DNA of 58,624 bases, from assembly GCF_001194135.2 (NCBI RefSeq), contig NC_068989.1, positions 96,295,241 through 96,353,864 of the forward strand, in the 5' to 3' direction. Each line of letters opens with the position of its first letter. Within the stretch, counting starts at the first letter, position 1. Of the stretch, positions 1 to 12,095 are shown one piece after another. Made by a program: the position numbers and the translations under genes. Below the pieces are notes generated by a model. It was not told the origin of the DNA, did not search any database, and saw only the letters and a program-made list of their open reading frames with translations. The DNA is from Octopus bimaculoides (lineage: Eukaryota).

Positions 1-2
1 CG

Positions 3-395
3 CTTCAAACACATTGCGTAAGATACAATGTAATATATAAATGCACCGTGAAAAATCTATTACATAACTCTACTGCCACGTACATTGGTGCAACTATAAA
101 CTTTAAACATCGCTACGCAGCCCATATGCACTCTTTTAGATACGACAAACACAGTAAATCTACAACATTAGCCAATCATATTCATCACCTCAAAAACAAA
201 AATACCCAATACACCTTAAAATGGTCCATCTTAGATTCTGGAACTCCATACCAGGGCCAGCACTCCAATTGCAAGCTTTGCCTAACGGAGGCATTCCATA
301 TTTTAAAATACAATTCTCCCACTCTACTTAATCGATATAACGAAGCGTTTAGGTTCTATCACAAGCAAAATTGCACAAACAATCACGCAACATAA
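3..395 (+). CDS. C-terminal GIY-YIG endonuclease of a Penelope-like retroelement (partial, runs off left edge)
   Basis: Frame is open from position 3: LQTHCVRYNVIYKCTV...TYIGATINFKHRYAAHMHSF...LANHI..LK...WSIL...CKLCLTEAFHIL...LLNRYNE. The VIY-YIG, R, H, CxxC-xx-E and LN motifs are those of PLE GIY-YIG endonucleases. Confidence 0.85.
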   Translation, partial: LQTHCVRYNVIYKCTVKNLLHNSTATYIGATINFKHRYAAHMHSFRYDKHSKSTTLANHIHHLKNKNTQYTLKWSILDSGTPYQGQHSNCKLCLTEAFHILKYNSPTLLNRYNEAFRFYHKQNCTNNHAT

Positions 396-1185
396 TCACA
401 CAACCCCCCATAGGCAACCTATTCAACCTGGTAAAAACATCCATCTTTCACCATCTTTTGAATAGGATTATTTCCTTTCGATCATCTCACCACACATATA
501 CCACCAAATCTATTTCTTCTATTCTCAAATTCACAAGAACACCACCTACGCATACAGACTACGTTACTTCTTTCAATCCCTTTCCACCGTCTATAAATAG
601 GCTTGGCAGCATCCTAAAATATGATACTACTAACTACCTTTCCCACCCATCCCTTCTCTTTATCTCTGTCCTTGGTTTATCACTCATACCCCCACCACCT
701 ATATACTACACACACCCATTCCTTCCTACTCACTGGACCTTCTACCTCATCCCCCTATTCCTCCTTCACTCTATATGCTCATCCCTTCTACCCTGTTAAG
801 ACCAACTGACCCTAAATATATCGCTACCATCCTCTGCCTCTGTATCTTCTCTATCCCCTTTCACATTCTGTCTTCTTGACTTGACCTAATTACCGCTCAC
901 TTTTCACTTGACTTGGCCATTCTTCAAGTAAACAAGCAAAAATCCATCGCAATATGGAATATATGTACCTCTGCTATCTATGCTATATCTTTCGCTCCAA
1001 CATAAATTTCCGGATTATCCACACAAGGATTACTTTGCACGGATTTCTACACGGATATTTACCACTGGAATGAAACTACACTTCAAGTACTGTTCTCTCT
1101 TTTTTCAGCACATCACACTCTTTACCACTTCATACAAAAAATATCCGCCTATGGCTATAATAATAGATTACTTTATTTTTTCTCT

Positions 1186-1234
1186 GTCTCCAATGAAGGG
1201 AAGTACTGGATCTTCTCAGAAACAGCTGTAAGAC
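1186..1234 (+). ncRNA. Degenerate minimal type I hammerhead-like motif (PLE type)
   Basis: GTCT-ccaatga-a-GGGAAG(tactggat)CTTCTC-a-GAAAC-AGCT-GT-A-AGAC. Stem I GTCT/AGAC; palindromic stem/loop III ACAGCTGT. The core is mutated (CCAAUGA vs CUGAUGA). Confidence 0.6.
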
Positions 1235-1299
1235 TCTATCCATAAAATACTTCTCCAACCTTACCTTTGCTCTCTTTATCTTTTTGTTTTTATATATTT

Positions 1300-1365
<66 letters not shown>

Positions 1366-1588
1366 NNNNNNNNNNNNNNNNNNNNNNNNNNNNNNNNNNN
1401 NNNNNNNNNNNNNNNNNNNNNNNNNNNNNNNNNNNNNNNNNNNNNNNNNNNNNNNNNNNNNNNNNNNNNNNNNNNNNNNNNNNNNNNNNNNNNNNNNNNN
1501 NNNNNNNNNNNNNNNNNNNNNNNNNNNNNNNNNNNNNNNNNNNNNNNNNNNNNNNNNNNNNNNNNNNNNNNNNNNNNNNNNNNNNNNN

Positions 1589-1632
<44 letters not shown>

Positions 1633-2164
1633 TGTGTGTGTGTGTATATGTGTGCATATATGTGTGTGTGCATGTGCATATATGTTCACATATATATATA
1701 TATATACATTCATATATGTGTGTGTATTGTGCATTCATATACATCCACCCACAAACATGCAATTACTGGGATTCACGTGGAAAGCATTTGTCAATTTATT
1801 CATTTAAAACTTTGATAAAATATAGGTTTTATGATATAAAATCCAATGTTTATTTCTTATTTGCTTGAGGAACCGTTCAGACTTTTCCTTAGCATTTTGT
1901 TTGTACTTGTCATCATTTTATTATTTTTTTTTACCTTATTAAATTTGTAAATAGAAATATCAAGAAAAAGTTTTGAAATCATTGTATTCTGAAAAATTAT
2001 TTTTGTCAAGGAATTTGACAAGATTTTCGAAAACTGGAAATAACAATTATGGAAATGTATCCTTGTTTATAAGTCAATTTGTATTGCATGCGTACAGGTG
2101 TACAAATGCATGTGTGCATGTGTATATATGAGTGTATAACTGTGTGTGTGTGTGTGTGTGTGTA

Positions 2165-2255
2165 TCATCATCATCATTTAATGTCTATTTTCTATGCTGG
2201 CATGGGTTGAACAGTTTGACAGGAGCTGGCCAGCTGAAGTGGTGCTGAGGCTCTA
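2165..2255 (-). mobile_element. RTE-associated 3' tail fragment
   Basis: (CAT)n followed by ttttctatgctggcatgggttgaacagtttgac, the same tail as at 26581 and 44124. Confidence 0.6.
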
Positions 2256-2695
2256 TGGTGTGCATGTGTGTGTGTGTGTGTGTGTTGGTAGCATGTAACC
2301 CGGTATAGCCTGTTGCATGGTTGGGCCATTGCTGTCTAAACTGACAACCCAACCAAGATCACCCGGTAAGAAGGGCGGTTTTCGTTAGATACCCTGCAGG
2401 AGGAAAAAGAAAACCTATCAAAGGGCAGCTGAACTCAGTAGAGTTAACAGCTATCCAACGGCTGGTGTGAGAGACTCCCTAATCTTTGAAGAAGGAAATT
2501 CCACGAAGCCAAACGTTTTGCTCTTGCCTGTTTCTTGACAACATGGCTTTGAGACTGAGTCTTGGTGGTGCTATGCAAAATGTTATTCACTTTAAATTTC
2601 AACTCAAGCTTTGCTGACAGCCATTGATTTTAATATCTAGGACAAGATAATTTCTCAGTGATGGTCATATTTGTCTGTGAGATGACAGCCACTAT

Positions 2696-2771
2696 GTGCC
2701 ACGCAGTGGGACTGAACCCGGAACCATGTGGTTGATAAGCAAGCTACTTACCACACAGCCACTCCTGCGCC
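2696..2771 (-). mobile_element. tRNA-headed SINE family A, 5' head
   Basis: Reverse strand has A-box-like TGGCTGTGTGG and B-box-like GGTTCAGTCC; matches 48240-48320. Confidence 0.75.
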
Positions 2772-3211
2772 TATATATATATATATATATATATATNNNN
2801 NNNNNNNNNNNNNNNNNNNNNNNNNNNNNNNNNNNNNNNNNNNNNNNNNNNNNNNNNNNNNNNNNNNNNNNNNNNNNNNNNNNNNNNNNNNNNNNNNNNN
2901 NNNNNNNNNNNNNNNNNNNNNNNNNNNNNNNNNNNNNNNNNNNNNNNNNNNNNNNNNNNNNNNNNNNNNNNNNNNNNNNNNNNNNNNNNNNNNNNNNNNN
3001 NNNNNNNNNNNNNNNNNNNNNNNNNNNNNNNNNNNNNNNNNNNNNNNNNNNNNNNNNNNNNNNNNNNNNNNNNNNNNNNNNNNNNNNNNNNNNNNNNNNN
3101 NNNNNNNNNNNNNNNNNNNNNNNNNNNNNNNNNNNNNNNNNNNNNNNNNNNNNNNNNNNNNNNNNNNNNNNNNNNNNNNNNNNNNNNNNNNNNNNNNNNN
3201 NNNNNNNNNNN

Positions 3212-3267
<56 letters not shown>

Positions 3268-4140
3268 ACACATATATAACCATCCATATTTATATAAATA
3301 ATCATTATCGTTATCATTTTCATCAAGATTTCAGTCTTATTCTTTTGTTTATAATCCAATTTTCCTATGATTTTTTTATCTATTTATTAATTTTTTCACC
3401 ATTTTCTTAAGGCAGAAATTCTCTTCTCAGCTATTTTCATCGAGGAATGAAAGATGGTTGTGCGAAATGATAAACTGTGTATAAGCAAATAAATAAATAA
3501 AAATAAACACACACACACAGAATGGGCTCGGAGACATAAAGTGATTTTGAATGTTAAACTAATATTTATGCCATGTAAACAGTTTCATTTCCATCAAAAT
3601 CTATTAAATATTAATGATTGATTTTTATCCTCATGTTTCAACTTCATCTGTTTTTATGAGAAATCACAATCAACAAACCTATTTTATAATAATATTCATA
3701 TTCCAACATTTTCCTCTCTTTATGAATTTGTTTCAATATTATTGTATTTCAGTTACCTCTAGTTATAGAACACTCCATTGTATTATGTTGTTTTGTGTGA
3801 CGTATTGATCGACTAAAAATGTCCATTTGACTCATTCATTTTACGTCCATTTTTCTCTGCTGGCATGGGTTAGTTGGGTCGTTATTTATTTAATGCAGAA
3901 TTTTCTACAACCAGGTGCTCTTCATGTCACCAATATTTTCCTGTTTTATTAGTAATGGATTTGATTGTTTACTCCTACTTGTTGAAGAATGCAGAACTAT
4001 TAGGCACATAGTTCAGAGGAAATACCGGCACAGAAGAATACATGTGAGAAGCAAAGATCACTTTTTATACACATACTCATATGAATGCATGCACACACAC
4101 ATACACATAAATATATATACAGACACACATGTATGTTTAT

Positions 4141-4171
<31 letters not shown>

Positions 4172-4849
4172 GCTTATATTATAAGATCTCCTTTGCGGTG
4201 ACCAAATAAATATCCTTATTTGCCAGTGGACAGCTATTTATGTTGAATTTATCATGGTATGGTCTGAATGTTGGTTTGTTTGTCTGTTTTTCTTCTCACA
4301 CACATCAACTATTTCCATTAGTTTGTAATCAGAACCAGGATTTCCGTCTATTGGCACAATAATCCAAGACAGTTTGGTATGTTGGGTTGGTGCAGATGCT
4401 TTGACTAGATTCTTCAGACCTGCTGAGCAAACCAAATTTAGGACTGCAAACTAACAAACAAACAATTTTTCTGTGAATCCATTTACTTAAAGCAGTGCCT
4501 TGCTCTAATTTTGTGGCACCTATTTACAGCTAGACTGACTGTTTCACTTGAGCTTTTAGGATCCACAGACATGTGGAATTGCAGTGCTACTGAATCTTTC
4601 GGCTTGTAGATGTAGTAGTGCCCTATCCCTCCAGACTTCCCCAGATTATATATAACCGTCAAGGTTTAACTCTTTCGTGATTATAGACTTTGTAAGTAAA
4701 CTTTATGCATGACTGAGTGGTATGTTTAACACACCACTTTGTCCTGGAATGAAGCCACAACCTTTTATGATGGTAAACCCACCACTGCCATGACATGCAT
4801 TATGTTTTGACTAATTGTTTTTGGTCCCTTGTTTCCTAGCAAAAGAACT

Positions 4850-5070
4850 CTTCATCCAGTTGAACATGAAAAGTGTGGCCTTGTCTCAAGGACGGAGAGG
4901 AGGCGACACTCTTAATCGGTTGCTCCTCTTTTTGGCTGAGCAAATCAAAGCAACAACAAGTGAAATGCCTTGCTCAAGGATGCAATGTGCTGCTTGGTCT
5001 AAGAATTTAAACCATGACTTCACAATTGGGAGCCCAACACTTCAACCTCTAAACCACACAGCTTCATCTT
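4850..5070 (-). mobile_element. tRNA-headed SINE family C (V-domain-like CCTTGAGCAAGGCATTT)
   Basis: aaatgccttgctcaaggatgcaat...gaatttaaacc...aaccacacagc on +. Related pieces occur at 33690-33885, 34915-35200 and 52380-52530. Confidence 0.5.
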
Positions 5071-5845
5071 GCTACAATTAAATAAGTGAATAAGTGTGAC
5101 AAAGTAAATATGACCAAAAATATAATGCAAACATATAAAAATCTACAAAATTTGAAGAAACATTTTTTTTCTCTTCTCCAAATAACTTTCTCGAACCTCT
5201 TATTTTTTAGGGTTTTTTCTTCTCATTTTAGTTTTAGTCACGTTTTGGGATCGTCTTACTTTTTTCCTTCTGCTCATCACTATTTTCAGATTCAATAATA
5301 GTTTTTAGATAAAAAAATTTCTATATATATGTATGTATACATGTGTGTATGCATATGTATATATGTATGTGGGTGTATACACACCCACATACATATTTTT
5401 TACATTAATTTTTTCTGTGCTGTCTCCTCTTTACATTGATTGACACAGACTTCAAACAATGAAATAACCAAATAACAACAACAACAACAACTGACAATCG
5501 GAATACAACTGTAATACTTAACAATGTTTTTTTTGGGGGGGTTTTTTTTATATATTTCATAGTATCTACTTATGTCTATATTTCACTTTTATATAAACTT
5601 CTTTTCAGGCATTTTCTTTTTTTCATTATTTCCCTTCTTTTTTACCTTTTGTCTTTATTTTTCTTTCTTCTAATTTTTACCTTCATTAGCTCTCTGTAGG
5701 TTTGCTTGTTCACACAACTTATGGAGAAAATATAAGAAAGCTTTTACATGACACAAGTGGAAATGTATTTCGCAACTATTACAGACTGTTTCTCATTCTA
5801 TTGCACTGTCATTGTCTTCGGCCTCCCTGTGTGTGTGGATATTTA

Positions 5846-5900
<55 letters not shown>

Positions 5901-5958
5901 TTATATAAAAGTATATACGAGTCTATATACAGGAGGCCACTATATATATAAGTACCTT

Positions 5959-6630
5959 CAGAAAAAAGTTGGACCTAAGAAGCATCAGTTGTGGTGTGCA
6001 AGAGAGATGATTGTGCTGGTATGGTCATGTGGCGAGAATGGATGAGTATAGCTGTGTGAAAAAGTGCCACAGCCTAGCGGTTGAGGGTACCTGTGGAAGA
6101 GGTAGACCCAGGAAGATCTGGGGTGAGATGGTGAAGCATGACCTTCGAACATTAGGCCTCACTGAGGCAATGACTAGTGACCAAGACCTTTGGAAATATG
6201 CTGTGCATGAGAAGACCTGGCAAGACAAATGAGACCATAATCCGTGGCCTTTACCAAGTGTGTAGCCAGCCCACTTATGCGTAACATTCCTTCTTTGAAC
6301 ACAAAACCCTGCTTGCGAAGACCTGTTGAGGCAAGTGAAATTGAAATCGAAATTGAACCAAATTTGATGACTGGCACCCATGCCAACTTCCCTCATTGGA
6401 CACTAAACTCAGCTTGTGAAGACCTGTTGCAGCAAGTGAGATCGAAACTGAACCAAATTTGATGACTGGCACCCATGCCAGTGGAGCGCTAACAGCACCA
6501 TCCGAGCAGGATCACTGTCAGAGCAGCGGTCTCGCTCCCGTGCCGATGGCGTGTAAAAAGCACCAATTTGAGCGTAGCCATTGCCAGTACTGCCGGACTG
6601 GCCCTCATGCCGGTGGCACATAAAAAGTAC
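5959..6630 (+). mobile_element. 5'-truncated RTE-clade LINE: RT C-terminus and repeated 3' UTR
   Basis: WYGHVARMDEYSCVKKC...GRGRPRKIWGEMVKHDLRTLGLTEAMTSDQDLWKYAV (6011-6232), followed by a 3' UTR with a ~70-bp direct duplication (6310-6480). Confidence 0.85.
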
Positions 6631-7635
6631 CCACTGACAAGGCTTTGGTAGACCCAGGATTATAGTAAAAGACTCTTGCCCAAGATGCCATGCAGTGGGA
6701 TGGAACTTGAAACTACATGTTTGTAAAAGTATTAAGTATTAATCCCACAGCCATGCCTGTCACACCTTTTCCCTAATCCTTAATTACAATAATTACAATT
6801 ACTGATTTTTATATTATTCCAATGTCATTTTTAATTTCTTTATTTTGTATTCATTACTTTTTTTCTGTTGTTTCTTAACCATTCTTAGGAATTCAGAGTT
6901 TGTTGTCTTTCTCAAAGGAAATATTCTACCAATTCACAGATCGTATTTTCCTCAATATGAAGTTTAGAATTGTTATTCATGTTGTCATCTTTCTTCTTCT
7001 TATAGCTTTTATGCAGTGTCTTGTGTTGTTGTTGTTGTTGTCATTATTACTGCTGTTGTTGTTGTTGTTGTTGTTGTTGCTTTAACACAAAGAAAGAATG
7101 GTAATATTTTGCACTTGGAAAACAATTTTTTTCCTTTTGAGGGGAAGGGGTGGGGGCTGTTACTCGATTCCTTTTTTTTTCTTTTTTTTTTGCCTTGCCA
7201 CTGACTTTGTGTAGTTACTCTCTATTTTAACTGTTTCATGTGTGATTAGCCTGAAGTCATGTCTCTACTCTGCCCCCATCGTCCGCTGCCAACCACATAA
7301 CCTGCACGCATACCTACAGGCTGCTTGCGGTGAAGAAAATACATCAGTTCAACTGATATGAAATGAAATAATGTAAAGGAAATAGAAGGATGTAAATAAA
7401 TAAATAAGATAAATGACTGGAATTGAATATTCTCAAATAAATTGATTTCCACTCCGGCTGCCCCCCCCCCNNNNNNNNNNNNNNNNNNNNNNCGCCACTA
7501 CAAACATATTTTGGTTAGCAACGAAACCAAAATATGTTTCCTGAAACTTATTATTAGCGATCCAACACAGGAATTATATTATACTTTATTATATTACGTT
7601 ATATGTATGTTGTGTATGTTTGCATGCATATGTAC

Positions 7636-7668
<33 letters not shown>

Positions 7669-7681
7669 TATGTATGTATGC

Positions 7682-7713
<32 letters not shown>

Positions 7714-8077
7714 TCATATATGTGCATATATATATATGAATGTATGTATATATGTGTGTCTATATATATATATATGCGTATGTATGCACACACACACATA
7801 TATAAAACAAGACTGAAGATTGTATATAGGTATGCGTTGCTCTTTAGCCCAAGGTAAATCCTGCTCAAGCAAATGTATTCTTTCCAATCGCTGTGGTTTT
7901 CAAATGTATGATTACTTCTTTTGAAAAGTTGGGTGTTACTTGACAGAAAGTTGCCTGCTATTTCTAGCAAGGCAATCATTGAAAGATGTGCTCCTTCATT
8001 GGTGCATGAGACAAGTGAGTTGCTTTGTTGAGCACAACAGCCATATGACACAATAAGGAATAGCTTTGTTCTGATAC

Positions 8078-8151
<74 letters not shown>

Positions 8152-8153
<2 letters not shown>

Positions 8154-8238
8154 TTGCCCAAGGTGCCACGCAGTGGGACTGAACCCAGAACCATGTGGTC
8201 GGAAAGCAAGCTTCTTACCACACAGCGATGCCTGCACC
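8152..8238 (-). mobile_element. SINE family A head
   Basis: tttgcccaaggtgccacgcagtgggactgaacccagaaccatgtgg...accacacagc; CORE-like CACCTTGGGCAA on the minus strand. Confidence 0.8.
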
Positions 8239-8308
8239 TATATATAGTAAATTCACACTTTATACACACAATGTATGTGNNNNNNNNNNAATACTTTTAT
8301 AAAGAACA

Positions 8309-8350
8309 TTACAGAACCGGTTTCGATCCTTGAGATCTTTTCAACAGTAA
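8309..8350 (-). ncRNA. Degenerate hammerhead-like motif
   Basis: Minus strand: TTACTG-ttgaaaa-GATC(tcaag)GATC-GAAAC-CG-GT-T-CTGTAA. Palindromic stem III AACCGGTT; core mutated at C3 and G8; one stem I mismatch. Confidence 0.45.
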
Positions 8351-8619
8351 ATATGAATAATAGATTTTTGAAAAATTATTGAAAAATTAAATTTTGGTAA
8401 ATTTAAAAGAAAAGTCTTTTTAAAGACATATTTGTATAGTATTCAAGTAACAGGGGCAATTCTCTTGTTTCTGCCTGTCTCTGTTTCACTTGTTAACTCT
8501 TGTGGGTTCGAAATATATATATATATATATATTTACACACATACATATACACACACGCACAGATGTATACATATACATTGTGTGTATAAAGTGTGAATTA
8601 TCTGGGTTCAGTCCCACTG

Positions 8620-8793
8620 CATGGCACCTTGGGCAAGTGTCTTCTACTATAGCCTTGAGCTGACAAAAGTCTTGTGAGTGGATTTGGTAGACGATGTATA
8701 CGATGTGCTTCTTTCAGTTTCTCTCTACCAAATCCACTCAAGACTTTTGTCAGCTCAAGACTATAGTAGAAGATACTTGCCCAAGGTGCCATG
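8620..8793. repeat. Fold-back inverted duplication of SINE A segment (~70-bp arms, 32-nt loop)
   Basis: 8620-8691 pairs with 8724-8793 with one G-T, one C-A and a 2-nt bulge. Confidence 0.9.
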
Positions 8794-9329
8794 AATGTGT
8801 GAGTGTGTATGCAGGTATATATTTATATATATATTTTTTTGGCGAATGTGTGGGTGAGCATGTGTGTGCTTGAGCTCACATGTGTATGTATGGACTGGTG
8901 CACTTACGCGAATACTATGGACATTTCTACTCCTTTACCTTTACTCCCTCCCCTCACTTAGCCACCCTTTAGCTCTTTTGTCTTAATAACGGTCAGCCAC
9001 ACAGTAATTTCCCTTTGTTTAACAGTCATTTTCATAGCAATTTTCAATGGCCAGATAACTGAAGAGATGGTAGCATGGGTTTCTGCCCTGGCATCTGAAA
9101 CTTGGATTTTTATCATGGCTACCAAATAATTGTCACATATTATTTACAGATATATATATATATATATATACGATGTATATATACATACATACATAACTTA
9201 GATTGGTTTCAGCCATTATCAGCCCAGGCCATGACTAACTCAGTAGCATCACCTGGAAAAGTATTTTAATTAATTATGTCGGGACACCATAGACCACTCA
9301 TATATACACACTGAGTGTGTATAAATTTG

Positions 9330-9550
9330 TGTGTGTATCTGTGCTTGTCCCCTCACCATCGCTTGACAACCAATGTTGGTGTGTTTACGTCCCCTGTAAC
9401 TTAGCAGTTCAGCAAAAGAGCTGATAGAATAAGTACTATGTTTACAAAGAATACATCCTGGGGTCGATTCAATTGAGTAAAGGCGGTGCCCCAGCATGAC
9501 CACAGCCAAATGACTGAAACAAATAAAAGAATAAAAGAATAAAAGAATAT
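9330..9550 (+). mobile_element. SINE family A 3' half with (AAAGAAT)n tail
   Basis: cgcttgacaaccaatgttggtgtgtttacgtcccc...ggcggtgccccagcatgaccacagccaaatgactgaaac followed by repeated aaagaat. Confidence 0.75.
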
Positions 9551-10643
9551 AGATAAAAAACATAGTCCGGAGGTTTGAGAGGTGAATTTCTGTTTCTTTA
9601 ATAATGTGACTTCCATGGGTGGAAATGTGTGTGTTTGTGTGTATAATTACATTTATCTGTATGTACGTGTCTGTGTAAGTGTTTCTATGTATGTGTATGT
9701 ACTTTGTTAACTCCAGATTATTTGCTGAAAAGTAATTTGAGGTGTAGCTAATGTGTGAGTTCAATTCTTGAGAGTTCAAATGCTTTTTGTGTGATATTTT
9801 TATGACCTTTTTCACTTTGTATAAAAGTTTATTGCTGTTGAACACAGTTTCTTGATATTAGTTTGACCTCCCTGTCTTTAGGCATTCATCCATCAACTCT
9901 GTGAAATCTTCAATTCACCAGTTATTTTCTTCCCCTCTTTCCCACCTGAATAATTACTTTTAGTAAATAATTCTTTTTATATTATTTGCTTATACTTTTA
10001 TGTTATTTTTACTTTATCTCTTGTCTGTTTTTCTTCTTGTTATCTTGTTTAAATTAAGGATGGTGAATTCCTCAGTTTCCATCTAGCACTTGAACTTAAT
10101 TGAGATGCTGGTGTTCATGAGTGAAGAAAATCATTTTGTCTATAATAATAACAACAGAATATGTCATGACCTTCATGACCTTCTTTCACTGACCAAATCA
10201 ACCAGTTCCAGCCTTCCATTCAGTGTGTGTATGAAGTGTGAATTTACTTTGTATGTTTAGAGATGAACTGTTCATGTAACCATGATGTTCCAGTGATCTG
10301 ATGAGCTAGCTTTCTTTATAGACATTAATTTGTGAATATACAATTCTATTGTACAACACTGAGTATACATATTACTGCCAACATGTACACAGGATTTCTT
10401 GGCTATTTGAAATTAATACTACATTAAGAAGGTTGTGAAGTAGCCATAATCCTATGGAAGTTACATAAATATATATTCACCTCTCAAATCTCCTGACTTT
10501 ATGGTTTTAAATACTCCTCGCAGAATAATTTTATTACTTGGATTTTTTTTTCTATGGATACTTGACATTGCACTACTTTGTAATTGATTATTAACCAAGT
10601 CTATAAGAGGACCTTCATGTGATAGCCACATGATTGTATATAA

Positions 10644-10714
<71 letters not shown>

Positions 10715-10814
10715 TGAAGATATATATCGTAAATTATGTTTGTCTATGTAATATATATACATACATATATACATATATATGTAAGTATGTAAATCATAGT
10801 TTCCCCAAGAGTCC

Positions 10815-10855
<41 letters not shown>

Positions 10856-11516
10856 CTTCAAGCAATACTTAACAATGTAAACTAAACTGAAACAATTGAA
10901 ATATGTCCAACAATTTGAAAATTTCCATATGTTTGTCCTCATCATTAAAAATTCACTATTCTAAATTTAATCTTTAACCATTTAAATGGTGATGCCAACA
11001 GACACCGTGGAATGTCAGTCTCAGAGCATCACAGAATTTACTTTGGTTCTCCTCAGTGTCAAGACTGAGTCCGGATGTCTTTCCTCTTCGCTCCTCTTGG
11101 GCCTTCTGCTAAACAACAGGTTAAGATTTTTTTGTTTTTGTTTTCTTTATCAAATACACTCCAATATTTCAGATCTGATACTTATTTTGTCAATCTCTTT
11201 TGTTGAAACTGCTAAGTTATGGGAACATAAACAAACCAGCATCGGTTGTCTAGTGGTGAGGGGAGAGATATAAAAAAAAACATAAGGGCACACTTACATA
11301 TATACATGTGTGTGTGTGTGTGTCTCTATATATCTAGGTGCAGGAGTGAGTATGTGGTAAGAAGTTTGCTTCCCAACCACATGGTTCTGGGTTCAGTCCC
11401 ACTGTCTTGCACATAGAGCAAACATCTTCTACTATAACATCAGCTTTATTAATCACCAGGAGCGAGTTGGGATTTAATTATCCCTTGGAGGTATTAAATT
11501 CCTCTAACTGATTCCT

Positions 11517-11568
<52 letters not shown>

Positions 11569-11751
11569 TACACACCACTGGTGGTACCATGTTAAAAGCT
11601 CTCAGTCCACTCTGAAAGATGGCTGGGGTTAGGAAAGGCATTTAGCTGTGGAAACCCTGCCAAACAGTGAAGCCTGGTGCAGTCTTCTCCCTTGCCAGCC
11701 CTTGTCAACCTGTATGATGATGATGATGATGATGATATATATGTAGGTAGA

Positions 11752-11876
11752 TGCATGACTGAGAAGCTTTGCTTCCCAGCCAAATAGTCCTCAGTTCAAT
11801 CCTACTGTGTGGCAATGTGTGTTGTCCTACAGTCTCAACCTGACCAAAGTTTTGTGTTGAAAACTGAAAGAAGCCT

Positions 11877-11919
<43 letters not shown>

Positions 11920-12095
11920 GTGGGTGTGTTTCTTAGTGTTTCTCCCCCACCATCACTTGACAACTGGTGTTGGTTTGTTTACATTCATGTGAGTCGGCAG
12001 TTCAGCAAAAGACAAGAGAATAAGTACCAGGCTTAAAATATACATACAGGGGTCAGTTTGTTTGGCAAAACCCTTCAATATGGTGCCCCAGCAAA
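11752..12095 (+). mobile_element. SINE family A, decayed near full-length copy with internal (TA)n
   Basis: Head, ccaaag...gaaactgaaagaagcc, (TA)n and 3' half are collinear with 14928-15330. Confidence 0.65.

Larger units (their letters stand above)
1..1290 (+). mobile_element. 3' part of Penelope-like element: endonuclease, pyrimidine-rich 3' region, terminal hammerhead-like motif
   Basis: GIY-YIG ORF, then a C/T-rich noncoding tract, a hammerhead-like motif at 1186-1234 and a microsatellite junction at ~1290. The right boundary is approximate. Confidence 0.65.

Noticed and set aside
10298-10314. CTGATGA-GCTAGC-TTTC looks hammerhead-like
   Set aside because: TTTC stands where GAAA is needed; on the other strand the elements are in the wrong order. 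There are no stems I or III.
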